The notes below the pieces were generated by a model that made no database searches, was not told the DNA's origin, and was given only the letters and a program-made list of their open reading frames with translations. DNA of 64,000 bases from positions 1 to 64,000 of the forward strand of contig KZ538522.1 of NCBI GenBank assembly GCA_000934665.2, given 5' to 3'. The translations under genes were made by a program, and so were the position numbers. Within the stretch, counting starts at the first letter, position 1. Every line of letters starts with the position of its first letter. The stretch comes from Catajapyx aquilonaris (Eukaryota). Positions 10,745 to 24,300 of the stretch are shown here, one piece after another.

Positions 10745-13700
10745 CCCCAGTGCGAGCTTCTTCGCCAAGTTGTAATCTGACATACACCAGACACCTCAAT
10801 GCGGGCGAATTATATAAAAAAATCGGCGATCTTGCCCTTTGGACTTTTGCACACTTGGCAACCCTGCTGGCGCCAGAAAGACCGGCAATTCAAGCTGGTC
10901 CAGCAGCTCCATGTTACACGTGAGGCCCGGAGACTCCTCCCTTGATCATCTCACCCCCTCCAGCCTTGGAACTATCCTTGACTAACCATCCACACACTGG
11001 GCTGTACACCGTACAATGTACGCACTTGGCAGGTGTTTAGCTGGAAAAATTTTGCAGAGAATACGCGAATTGGGGCAGCCCGATTTATAGCCAGCAGGTG
11101 CCCCCTCCTCCTGATGACCACCCCCCTTAGAAGAGCGGTCGTCCTTGCTGCAGGATCCACCCAACCCATCCAGTCCTCCGGTAGCTACTCATTAATTACG
11201 ACTGCTTCCAGCGGTGAGCTGATGCACAGTAGCCAGGTGAAAGAGGCGGTGGGTTGGGGGAGGGTAGCCAGAACCTGCCCTTTCCCCACGATACAACCTC
11301 TATTTTTTTGGACACCCCTGATTGGAAACTGCCCGCCCACTTTAATCTTTAATATCCTGCGTATCTTTCGGTCATTGGCAACAGTGCAGGCAATTTTCCC
11401 AAGCACGGGCTGTTTCCCACGAATGAAGTGCTGCAGGACTATACGTCCCGACTTGAAGACGGTACACTAATATTGACATCTTGTTGTACGATTGGATATG
11501 ACAGTCTCCAGACACCTGTCCAGTCAGTGAGACACTGACCTTCTCGATTATCTTCGGACACGCATCAGTGGACCGCATGACGGAAGCAGCTGGGTTGTGG
11601 ACAGGTACAAATCGCACGGAGGACAAATAGAAAGGAGAGGGACTCCGAAAAAGGGCGGGGTCCTTCCAAAGATTCCATCTCCTTTGGAAGCTCGTCCCAC
11701 CTCCTTTGGGCCCACATGTCATTACAGATAGGTCTTGCTACCTGCTCCTCGATTGTTCTCCCACACCCCGATTTATGGCAGGCCTCATGCTTCATTATAC
11801 ACCCGGTCCAGGGGGATGTTGCAGAATTTATGACACTTTAGGGCTAGGGTGATTCGGGTGTCAAGAGAAAAAAAATCCTAGAGTTTGGTGCAGGGGGTAT
11901 TTTAACTGGGTGACAGCCACGACGCTTAAGCGTAAGATTTAAATTGAATCTTGCTGCACGCTTTCTGATTTACGAGCTATATTTTTCCGGGAACTTACTT
12001 TCACCCAGTTATTTATGATCTTAATTTCCCTCCACACTGGAGGGGGTTTTTAGTGTGTTTTTGGTCGAGTTAATCGGGTGATGATGTGACTTTGTATATG
12101 AACTCGATTTTTTTTTGTCCTTTGTGGTGTGATGAATGTTAGGCCAGTTTTTTGGTGCCGGTACACTGGGCAGTGCATAGCGGCAGTTGCTGAAAAAAAT
12201 AAATAACATGGGCATGTATCGCTCCTCCCCACTGCAACAGTGTAATGAATATGCATTTTTTAGCATACACTCTTCCTGGCCGTTAAAAAAAGTACGCCAC
12301 GTGTACTATAAACTGGCAACAATTTGGTCCGTGTAAGCAGGCCGTAGTCAACAGCAGCATGATCTTCAAAGCTGTGTTTATAAGTGCTTTTTACCGCTGA
12401 CAGAGTGGCATTTAATTGCTGCAATTCCGCGCCGTAATGGCTCGCATATACACAAGGAAGGTGACAAATTCGCCTACTTCCGGCAAAGTTCCTTCATAAT
12501 CCGAAACAATGCAGGCAGAGTGGCAGCCATTTCCCACTCGTTTTGCAGGCATTTCGCCAAGGGGGAAGGGTTGGTTTTATATACGGTTCTGGGGGGGTCG
12601 TGTTGAAACATGTGGGGAAGCTTTGCAAAGTTCCCTGCGAGAAACCTTGCTGGCAAAAGGTAAAGTCTGCCAAGCGGAATCGCAAAAGGTTAGTGAGCTT
12701 GGACGATCGATGGCCGGCTACTTACTAATCCCTCTCCTAGTTCTGTAGAGAAAGGCCCGTCTTGTGCAGGCAACAGAGAAGCTGCCCCAATCCCTTCAAA
12801 CATCACGCACGAGTTGCTCTGTACTGGTACATATGCTGGTCTGCTGAGCCCCCCCCCCCTCCTCACCCAAACCCAGGGTCCACCACAAAAGCCCCTTCCA
12901 CGACATTATCCACCTCTCTCAAAATGTCCCCAACTTCAGCTGCGCTGCAGCTGATACGAATTCCAGATTTTCTGGCCAATCCCGTTTGCTGAAGTTTGCA
13001 GCACCAAAAAATAAACCTCGGTCCTTCTGTTCGAGAGAGATTTTGATACCGGTATAGTTCCGCCGTCTTGTCCCATGAGGGTAGATGTAATCCGGTGCTC
13101 TCCTGCATCGCAATATCAGTATGACAGGGTACGCTAACTCCAAAGTAAGGGGAGTTTAATTGCGACTGGAGCGAGACATCCATTGTTGGAGGGAGCTGTG
13201 TACCACCCTGTAATCAATGCCACGTGCTGTCAAGCTATGTACTTAGATGGTTCGGGGAACACAAGCCGACCCTGGAACCACACCCTTCCAGATATGTCCG
13301 CCCAATGTGCACTAATCAGGTGAATAAATGGGTTTTCAATCGTAATGATGACCTCACTGAAGACAGTTGTGTAACCTTCAGCCACAGTGCGATTGGACAA
13401 ATATGTCCCATAATTACGCGGTTAGCCTAATATTCCTGTACTAATTCCTTAAAGTGGTGGTTACAAAAAGGCCCGCAATTAGTCGCCGGCACCACGCCCA
13501 AATGAGCCGGCCACAATTTCCCTTCTTTACAGGGCAGCTTAAGCTACGTGTGAGATGCAGGGTCCCGGGTAAAATCCAGATTGGATGACAGGGCTGAACT
13601 GCACATCCATCACCATCACTGGTGGCTACCCCGCCTCCTTGACATGTGCTGCCAGAGGTCATGGACGGATCCATGCGAGTAGAACCGCGCATGAGGTTTC

Positions 13701-15288
13701 CAGTTACCAACAGGTTGAAGGGTGAGTGGAATTTACGGTCCAACATGTCAAACATATCGCATTGCACGTACCGGGCAGTTTTTCGCAAAAATTAATCGCA
13801 ATAGTTAGGACCGGGTTCCAACAAGCTGAAGTCTTGAAACCGAGAGTATATATAGTTCGGGGAGGTCCAAATTAATTCGTCCTCTTAAGACCAGGACCAA
13901 GGGAGAAGACAAACAGCACTCGGCGCCTGCCCCTCTTTCCATATTCATGCCTTTCCCCAAATCCGAAAGTGCAACCAGCAAATCCCACCCTTGGCTCCCA
14001 ATCCCTTCTACCGAAGCCTTCTTAGCAGGTGTTGGCAGCCTCCTCTCCCAAACCCAGCATGGTCTTTGACCCCAACATGTGCTTCAACCCTACTCATTCC
14101 ATTACACTTAAACCACGGCTCTTAAACCTTGCGAGTACCATTTAAAGACAACAATCCAGGGTGAGAAAAAAGGTTTCTTCCGACAAGAAAATTCCCATTT
14201 AGAGCGATTTATGCCTCTCATATTAGAATTACCCACGAAAGAGCCGTAGCAAATGATGATGGTCATTTACAACCATTTGGAGCCGGTGGCGTGCACACTC
14301 TGTACATTTTTCTAACAATTTTTTTGCCGCAAATTTTTAAACCTGCATGCATGTGCCGAATGAACGATCAGCTCGCGATATAGACCGCAAGACTGGTTTA
14401 TTGACTCCTCTCCCAGGGTGTGATAATTGCGAATAAAAAAACTACGGGGCGAAGGAAAAAAATAAAATTTAACGATCGGCGCCCTGGTGACCTCTCGGGT
14501 TAACACTTTCGAACAAGGCTTTGGAAGAACGGTTCGTTCCACCAACAAGAGGTGAAAGTGAGCGTATCAATAATTTAGTTCGGTGTGAGGACATCCAACA
14601 ATGAAAAGGAGGCTGAAAATGGAACAAAATATGCATTATGTGCCCATCCCATTGAAGCCGGGTCCCCGAGGAAGAAACGGCTACCATTAATTCCTGTTCG
14701 CGGATTTGAATGGCGCCGTACTTGCTTAAATACCTCGCTCGACACCACGCTATTCGGCTAATTGTACGAGGTTCTGCAGAAAACATTATCGTTATGAATC
14801 ACTCGTGCGTGCCTATGGTTCGCCTAGTTTCCTCCTCTTGTCCCAGTGTTGATTAGGATGAATATTTAGCACTCAGCAGCACCGGTGATCAGCTGAATAA
14901 GGAGCAGGCATGCAGATGTATATTTGGGCTTATGCAACTTGATGAGATTCACTCATTTCATCCACTGTTCACGCTAAATCGCCTGGAGTCCACAGTACCA
15001 TCCTGTGTAATACACCGCTAAATTACGTGGCACACACCATGTAAGAATATTAATAATAGTTTAGCAGACCCTTCACTTGCAGTAAGGTATATATCGCGCG
15101 AATACTTATTAGTCAAATGGTATTCAATTTGGCTGATGTATGTGGGGCGAGAGACCCAAGGGATTCCCTAATGGATATTTTAAAGTAATTTCGGACTCCC
15201 TTTAATCACCAGGCACTTTTTATTGATTATGGCCAGGCAAGGGAGTTCTACCCAACACATAGAAAGGATAAGAAATCCTTTGCACATA

Positions 15289-15484
15289 CTGTCAATTGAG
15301 GTGAGATTGTGCCAGCACATTTTTAGAAAACAGTGCACCATATACTGGCAGCAAGCAAATTGAAGCATGTTTTACTATATACGTACAGTGAGGGATGGTC
15401 TAGGTTGGCAAAGACGAGTAAAATTCCCGGTAGGGTGCACTGTTGTCCAAAAATGCGCTGGCACAATCTCACCCCAATTGACGG
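15289..15484. mobile_element. MITE (non-autonomous Tc1/mariner-pogo-type DNA transposon), 196 bp, 51-bp terminal inverted repeats, TA target-site duplication
   Basis: The left arm 15289-15339 (ctgtcaattgaggtgagattgtgccagcacatttttagaaaacagtgcacc) matches the reverse complement of 15434-15484 (ccgtcaattggggtgagattgtgccagcgcatttttggacaacagtgcacc) at 46/51 positions. TA flanks both ends (15287-88 and 15485-86). The spacer is 94 bp with no coding capacity. The superfamily is inferred from the TA duplication. Confidence 0.85.
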
Positions 15485-17755
15485 TACCTCCTGCATTGCT
15501 AATTTTTTAAATTACCACTTTTGTCAATATTTAATTGTATAGTAATGTATATGTCATGTGCAATGTATGAGATTCACCTGATTGTTCGACCTTTCGCTTC
15601 GAGATGCACAATCGGCTCGAGCCTATAAATATGACGCAAGTTGAAAAGTCGTGACATGGGCTTGCTTGGCCACTCACTTCTCATATGTATATAGGGTGTG
15701 GTTGCTGCCTGCACCCTTTCCTACCCTCCTGCCTGCCTCTCTCTCTCTATGTATATATACATTCTACCACCAGCACTACAATACCAACAAGCATCCAATA
15801 CCTCCCTGGAGGAGAAACCGCCCACTCCATTTGCCAAATTCGCCAACCCGACTCGCAAGTGTCGCCGGCCCCCCCAACAGCAACCCCCCCCCCCTCAGAA
15901 AATTGCACCCCCACCGCGCTTTCTCCTAAGCAGAGCTTATGGCGGTACAAGGGCCCATTTTACGCGAGAGAAGCCACTTGCCAAATCCCCGGTACATTGT
16001 CGAGCAATTGCGGGAATCCATGAAATGTTCGCGCTCATGCTTGAACTTTGGGCGATGCACTTTCAATTCAGCGGATTACACTGCTTAGCATATACTGCCT
16101 TCCACGTGCTCTACCAGCATTTCTAAGGAGGTGATATACCACCAGGGAGCTGCTAATATGGCAACTGACCAAGTACTCCCCGGCACCAGTGAAGAAACCA
16201 GCTGCAGCAAAAACCGACTGTACTTCCCCCGCCCATAAAGCACACGTCCTTACTGATTAACGGGCCATATTTAAGCTCTACTGGAATAATTACCCCTCCC
16301 TCCCTATGCATTAAGTCTGTCGGATTGGCTTTTGCCAAATGGCTGCCTGAAATAATGCGGCCTGGAAGCACAGCTTACACGATAGGCGGAGTCCAAATTC
16401 CTGCTCTTGACCAAAGGGACAGGACGTCTGCTGTCATTAAAAGCTTCCTCAGCCAAAAAAGAACGAATAAAGGACTATATAACGTCAAGAGCAGCAGCAT
16501 CCTGCCTGAAACAGCGACGCACAATCAGACCTGACACTGTTTCAAACTTTAAAAAAAAAGCTACTTTCCCGTCTTCTTATCGCCAACAGGGAGATACAAC
16601 TCGTGAGTCACATTTTACTCTTATCTGCGAACAACGTCATGTCGTCCGAATTTGCTCCCGTCAAGAAAAAAAAGGCGGCCAGTCTCTGCCTAGCATTTTT
16701 ATTTGGAGAGGATACATCGCTCTTATAAGTTCGTCGTGTCAGTTGCGTGTAAGTGTCACACGAACTGCCGGATCTCTCCAGGTGAAATGTACCTGCGCAA
16801 GTGCAGCCCTTTATGCAATTTCGACTGCATGTGGAACAAGGACCAGTATATTCCTAGTGATGTTTTCTCTCTGCCAGCACTGTATAGGCGTACAGTACCT
16901 TTGAAATAGGAAACTTCATGAACTGTGAAGAGAAGCCTGCATTCACTGCATTGGGCTGCACTTCCTTTTTCTCCCCCTTTAGGCAAACTGCTGCCTCAAA
17001 TGAAACCCAAGCACGGTTTGGTGGTCACAAAATAAGGCTCACTTGTACTAAAAGCATATTAAGGCAAACTCTCCAATTAATAGTAATGGATTATTGGATA
17101 GTAACGTAACATCATGGATTCATGCATAATATGGTAACATAAATGGTAATTGATAACCACAGATTTTTCCTATAATATCCTTAAAACCAACAAGGCCCAC
17201 CGCCATCATAAAATACATTTCGGCTGGAAATGGAAATATTAATACGTTCGTATATTGTTGTGTATTGTTGGGAATAATGAAATATGCACCTAACTTGCAA
17301 GTTCCCTGGTTTCCCCTATACCTACGCTATCAACGACAGCGCAAATGACTGTGAAACCAAACACCCCAAAGTTCTCTTTGGCAACGACATGAGTTGTCAA
17401 AATCAACTGCACCCACCATTCGCAGCCAATGCCCGCAAGGTAAAGTGCTAATTTGAGAAAGCGATGTTTACACAACGAGTTACCCGATACCGCAATTTTC
17501 TTCCCCACCAAAAAAAGCACAGCAAGGGAGCAGAATTTGTGACGTGAGAATGTGACAATTTGTGCAAGCTGTCGGGGGAAGAGTGAATTCCAATCCCTTT
17601 TGGTGATGGGCGCACATTCCTTGCCTGGAATAGGCATTCACGCCTTTCAAAGTGCAACCAAGGGTGGGAAATACCACAAAGCGAACATTTGAAAACTGTT
17701 TCTGATTATGAATTGTAATCAACTTTCTTAGGTATGTTTCTGAACAATACCTGCA

Positions 17756-18324
17756 GTGTTGGCTTGCACTGCAGCATCAGACATGTCCTCTAGAGAAGGG
17801 AGCAAAATGCTCATTAGATCAAGCTTGATCTCCCCTTGGAGTTTGAGCGCCTTCAGAGCACTACTTGCCCTGAGTGTCAAGCAAGCAAGGGCAAAGATGG
17901 GATCGATTCCTCTGGCTACAAATCCTCCGTCCTCCTTGCTCTTTCCCAAGATCACCTCAACGGATGGCCCAACTCTCTTTTACCTGTTGCCACCCTTAAT
18001 CAATGCCTTGTTAAGCAAAGCCTACTCTGGGCTCCGCTGACAAATGGAGGTCCTGGGCCCCCTGCTCTAAAGAGCTTTAATGAAGCGGAGCTCCAATTAC
18101 GGAAGGAGCTACAAAAGGCACCCGTGTCCATCACACAAAGTCGGCCAGAGTCGAGCTGTAAAAACGGATTGGTGCAATGCGGCACCGATACATTGCCTGC
18201 TGCTGGCCCACCCTCCATGGGTCTCTGGCTCATGTCCTACTCGATGCTATCACTACTACTAGCTAGGCGACACCCGGTGACGCACAAGGACCTGTCACAC
18301 TCCCCAAGGTACAAACGTCCATAG
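17756..18324 (+). pseudogene. Possible decayed non-LTR retrotransposon fragment
   Basis: ORF 17836-18324 contains LLWAPLTNGGPGPPALKSFNEA, which resembles the post-RT 'LxxPxxxGGLGxPxL...N.A' motif of LINE ORF2 proteins. The segment lacks the homopolymer-rich character of its flanks. No RT catalytic motif was seen. Confidence 0.25.
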
Positions 18325-21300
18325 ATTAGAATCGCCCAGTCGTCAAAACATAACGAGGAATTTCCATGACCAAGCGGCTCCACTTTGGAGATATACAAAT
18401 TGGGCGTGAATTTTTTATGCTTCAGGTTATGCCTAATGTGATTTTGCGGCCCAGTGGCTCAAATGTGTAAATTATTGTCAATCGAGAGACAATAATTGAC
18501 TGTCAGATTACATGTCAACACTGATGAAATCTGTTGGTGCTGTCTGTTTGGTGGCCCACAGAATCACGATGTCAGTGTGTGACCCTGGCAATGTGTGGAT
18601 TGTAGTTTATTCCCTGCACTAAGCAAAAGCCACTATATATATTTTCAGTTTGCCCGTATGCACTATCATGGCCGGCCAAGGAATTAGTAACACATGCCAT
18701 CAGCTCTATATAAATGTGGCACGATTCCCAGCCACAAAATGTAAGTGGTGCGTGAAACAAGTTAATAATTTAGAATTTTACTTTTGGGCTTTTGAACCCG
18801 TTTCCGCACCAGTGCTGCAACTTGCATGAGAAACGGTAGAGCAGCTTTAATCAATTTTGTATAATATTGCTACTAACTCTAACACCTAGACAGAACATGT
18901 GTGGTTGGTGCCCTGGGGGATCCGCTCCGCAGAGGACTACCGGAGCGTATGTGTTCCTAAGCGAATAAACGTGCAGTAACAGTGTTACACGATGTTGCAC
19001 GCACATTCGTTGCAAAAGGACCCGCCTTTCGGTACATAATTCATACACCCAGACTCATCCATATTCTCACAGATGCATTTGCCAACTTTCATTTTCAACC
19101 TGGATTTTATACGACAGCTCGCGTGACTCCGATTACAAAATACGCCAAATGAAAATTCCAAAGATATTTACCCTTGGTAACTTTTTCACAGAAAAAAACA
19201 ACTAACATTGCATTTTTGTAGTGGAGGTAGTAAAACAGAACCTGGAGGTCATCTTGGCGACTTTGCCTGCACGACACACCCTGCGGCTTGTTTTCCACAA
19301 AGCATTCTGATAATTCTCTGTTTTTTTATCATGTGGTGCAGGTTTCCCTCCGAAAGCGGGAAGCTGAGGCCGCCCTTGTATCAAAGGACCATGAGCGCGA
19401 TCACCGATGACAGGGACATGCGTTGGAAGACCGCCAACAATGGTCTCTGCCTCCGGCGTTTACGGTTTTGACTTGGCCTAAACCACCACCAAGCCTCCCT
19501 TTTTCTCCATTGTCCACAACCCCACATCAGAGACAGCTCAAGTGACACGCTGGTCAGGGTCGCGTCTCATCTGCACTTCAACAACAAACAATGTGGCACG
19601 TCTTGAAATTCGCAAAACATCGCATGATTTGCGATGTAAAAAAATCCGTATGCTGCATGCTGCCCAATGTTCATGTACCAGTTAAACAGCCGAAATCAGC
19701 ATGTAACACGATGCGAGGACAATTCCCGCTGGCATACACTCCGTGCGTGTACAGCAGATTTGCAGAAACTCTGCACTTGCGTGTGTCACAAACGCCGTTT
19801 CTGCTTGTGCAACCGGAAATAATTTGCCGCAAAACTACAGTCGCCCGGGTCCCCGGATGCGAGTTTATAAGTGAATGACTTATTCTGGCTCGCAGACCAG
19901 ACCGGATGTACCAAAATAACCATTTTCCCTCCCGCAGTTATATACCACTGTCCACAGGTGCACTATACACTAACACATCTTCCCCCTATTCATTCTGAGA
20001 TATCCTGGGCACAGCGAGGAAAACCCATTGGAAAGGATATCGGGTGATATCAGATTGGGGGGGACCTGTCCACTTGCAACACCAGCTGAACATTATCGAC
20101 TCGGCCGCGAGATAAGGCCCCTTGCGCTGACAGCAGCCCAGAGAGTCTTTTCGGGGCCTCGTTTGTGATACTTGAAGGGCCGTATTCGGCACTGGCGAAT
20201 ACCTACTAGACCAACCCCCTTAGAATTCTGGACGCCTTTATAATTTTTGTGGCACCTTCACGTCGACACTGTATCCATGCCAATCTTGCCTTTTCGCGCG
20301 CATCCTCAGATTCGTGTAGCTCACACGTCCTCTGAAGATTATGTGGTCTGACTTGACTACAGATGTGGTCCGCATTCAATGTGAATCCCCCAACATTAGT
20401 CTCAATACTTATCAATTGGTGACCTAGTCAGATTGACAATCGCGGCCAGATCCTTCACCTCTGGATATCCGCTTTGCGATATGTCACGTCGCGAAAGGTC
20501 TATTATCCGTGTTTCATTTCCTGCCAATAAGTGGTTTCCAATGGCAACGCACACTATACTTCAGATAATGAAATGACGTGATGTACAGCAAGAGAAAGTG
20601 TGTGTGCCTAGGGTGCACTCGATCAAATTGCGGGCTTGGTTCTCTATATATGCAGAGCGAAAGATGTATTAAAGCTCTTTGTAAACATCTATAATGAAGG
20701 CTCTCAAGATGCTTCCAGAGGCATTCAAAATTGGCGTTTTTCAGTCCGTGATTTGTCCTGGATGCAAATCAGGCAGCTTCCGTTTCTCAAGAGGTACCGG
20801 CGCCTTTGCCTTGATTCCTCCAGAGCCGCATTCCACCTCTGCTCCCAATTGCCGTCTTTTGTGCTTGTCCTCCCATCAGTACCTCCCTGCGTGAGATCCG
20901 ATGAGCCAGATACAAGCAATCGGAGCCATTGTAACGACCTTCCAAGGAAAATCCCCCATCGACGACCAATCCAAGCCCCGGTGATTAATTTGGCATCCCC
21001 CCCNCCCCCCCCCCCTCTTCCAAATGCTCTTATGTTTCGAGCTGTTTCCGCCCTTTTTCTTGTCCATCCCCGGCGGCTGTTTGTTCACTCGAATCCACTT
21101 GAGATTCAGGCGCAAATGGCCATCAAACGACGTGTACAAATCGAACGGGCAACGCGTGGTCAAGGTGCACTCTCTGGCATGTTTACCGATCCGGTCTGTC
21201 GATGGGTTGGCAATCAGGAAGCGATTCCGCAGGTATACAAAGTGGCGCCCCATCTGTCACATCAGAAGATTTTTTTTGTGCATACAATTTGCTGGTATTC

Positions 21301-24300
21301 AGAAATTTGTCCTTGATCATATCATGCAGGTGACTTATTTAGATTTTTTCTCATTGGAAAAAAAGTATTTCAGAACAGCTCTGTCCGTCTGTCTGTCTGT
21401 AGACAGGTATCAGCGTCTAAGCGGCATGAGATGGCGACAAACTGTTTTCGGATTCGGATTCAGTGGACAGGTTTCATGGTTAACGTCCGGTCTCGGGTGA
21501 CCGCCCACTTCCGGTTTTCCGGGTTCACTCTATCCGCCAAGGTCAAGTTTACACCGTAGGGAAATCAGACGGACATTCTATGTCATTGTTGTCCAGTAAG
21601 AATCGCATCTTGTATAGTATTCAACAAAGTTGTCAGTCTCATTTCCTGCTGCCCAACGAGAAAAAGTCAACTCGAATCACGCTCTTGTTTTATTTCACAT
21701 TTTATGTTATCTTGCTCCATTTTTATGGCGCTATCGTAGGCGACAGGACACATTCTGGTCGTTTGGTTTACAATCAAGGTGCTACCGTGTGGAATGCGGT
21801 TCATTTGCATTCAGGTGACCAGACAAGTCCCTGACCTTGGCCTTGCTCACTTTCACCTGAAGGGACTTTCACCTTCAGCGGACACCATTACGCGACAGGT
21901 GTTATGAGAGGAATCTGTTGCAACCCGGAGGAAATCATCCGTCGAGAAATAAATGCAACCGGGTGGCATGTCGTGACGTTGGCACTCTGTTGCGGCGGGC
22001 GAGGAAGACACCCGGAACACCACTCCGGGACGACGTGGAGAGATGGCTCCGGACCCTCTCTCCCCCCATTTTCCTCCGGGGAATTTCTTGCCCCCAAGAT
22101 GCTTCACCGACAACCAAAACCTCAGCCCATTTTCTACCGGGCTAGATAGTACTCAATCAAACGTGGTTCATCAGAAAACCGGTCTCTCTGAATGGGGTTA
22201 GTTACATTCCATTCACTACAAGCGGGACAGGAATTCACATCGATTATTTCCATGATATTCCTCCAAATTTGGGATTATTACCATGGAAGGGCCATTAGTT
22301 TCGCAGGCACAACAACAAAGGAAAAAAAAAGGATCCTCCTCTTTGCTCTCCCTTTTTTTTAAGCCCATGGCGGCAGGACGGGAGCGCAAAAATATAATAG
22401 TCCAGCAGAGAGAAAGCTCCGGCTTCTAAAAGTCAATATCAGTTCCCATAGCTGTGTTTTACTCCGCTCCTGCCCTGGACGAATATTCCGGAGGAAATAG
22501 GATTTTACAGCATCCATACAAAGGGGGAGGGCCTCGGCTTCCTCTCTTCTTTTTTTTTCTGAGCAGTCCCTAGGAACTGGGGGCGGCAGCCATTGCAAGC
22601 CAAGACCCTAGATCTATTTGGCATACTGCACGTTTGATCTAGGTGTTCCCTTCGAATTAGGAATTCGGCTTCAGATGGAAGTGTCTGGTTCCTTCAAACC
22701 CAGTTCAAACCAAGCGAAGCCTTCAATCTGCACTCGATTCGTATTTCAATCCACTCCTTCGCATGCTAAAATTATTTTTGCAATCCACACTGCAAGCTAA
22801 CAGTAAAAAAAAATTTGCAGTACACTCTGCAGACTACATATCCATATATGAAAAATATATATCCAGACATACAGTATTATTTAAAGAGGTGACGTGGTCG
22901 CAGGTGGTACGAGTCAAGGGCATGACCTTTACCTGCCAAACGAGGGACTCTGTTTTTTTGCAGTCATTTCAAAAAGCACAAAAAACGAGCTCCTCTCGCA
23001 GGCGGTAAGAAATTACTTTGCGAATCTCTTTTCTGAGAATAGCTCGCCGCGCCAGTTTTACGCGAAATTGACCAACCCTAGTGGAAGATTCCAGCTAATT
23101 TGGGCAAAATGCATCCGGTTTGAGCACAATGGCAGTTGTTCCACGACATTAGTCCCGCAGCAAGCAACAATGGCTGGGGCATGATGGTGGCAGCGCAATA
23201 TTGCGCGAATGGTTTGTAAAATTTTTTTTTGCAAAAAAAAAAATGTAAGCGTCGCAGCGGCCACAAAATCAACATTAAATTGACCGGATTTAATCATTTC
23301 CAGTGTCGAGCGCATCATCTGCGATAAATGCACTATCAAACAATGAAACCCACTTTGATGCAGTTATTTGGCATACTTATCCGCGGGCTAAAGCGATTTG
23401 ACCGAAACGGCTCTCATAAGAATAGCCTAATAGATATAGTATCTCCAAAATGACTTTAAACCCTCTTATGACAGCGGGGCTCACTGTAAATCCAAGGCAT
23501 AGGACGGTTTAGAGGGCTAGGCTTAAGTCTTAAAGTACCCTTTGGAGGCTGGAATAGCCCTGGAAAAGTAGCTTAGAGGAAGAAATATGGTCGCTCCCGT
23601 ACGCCACTCATCTTGACCTTTTGTACCCGCAGCTTCCATGATTAGCCCTGGATCGGTGTACATGACTGGAACCTCCCCCACACACGCCAAAACTCTGCGG
23701 GCAAAGTTAACAATATCGGGCCAGTGGGTGCATACACAGCAGCACCGGATGAATGCCTGGGGCACACGTCACTTCCCTTTGTTCCCACTTGCCGGGCTCC
23801 AAAGCATCTATTGCAGCTGACGCCTCAAAGGACCTGCCCCGGTCCTCACCTACGAAAACTGCGGATATTCAATGTGCCCTCTGGTTACCACTCATTTTGA
23901 AACAGGCTGCCAATCTCACTCGGCCTCAGTGCTGCCTCCGTGCGACAGACCAGGAAATTCTGGCCCCTCTCTCCCACTGTATTTAGTGGCGCATATGTAA
24001 TATTCAAAGGGGGACAAGAAAGTGCACGTCCGCTCCAGCAAGGGGCCAGAGCTTGAGACTGGCTGGCCGACAAATGTCTTCCAGCTTGGCGATCAAAGGG
24101 CCACCACTTAGATTACTTTCAGCCAGGCCTGGAAAATGCAGTTCACCCAGAGTGGCGGAAGTGACCAGACTTGGCTAGGACTTCCGACGGGACCTGCATA
24201 TTTTTTAACAAACTAGCCTCAAGGCAGATAACTTGTTCAAAGGAGCGCTAACGCAATTGCACTAATGTAAGAATAATATTATGCACGGTTTGCAGAAGCC

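Noticed and set aside
20636..21500. ORFs of 226 and 158 aa
   Set aside because: The longer one reads through a poly-C/N tract, and neither resembles a known protein.
23325..23337. TAAATGCACTATC, matching the 5' part of miR-277
   Set aside because: The 3' half of the mature sequence does not match and no precursor hairpin is evident.
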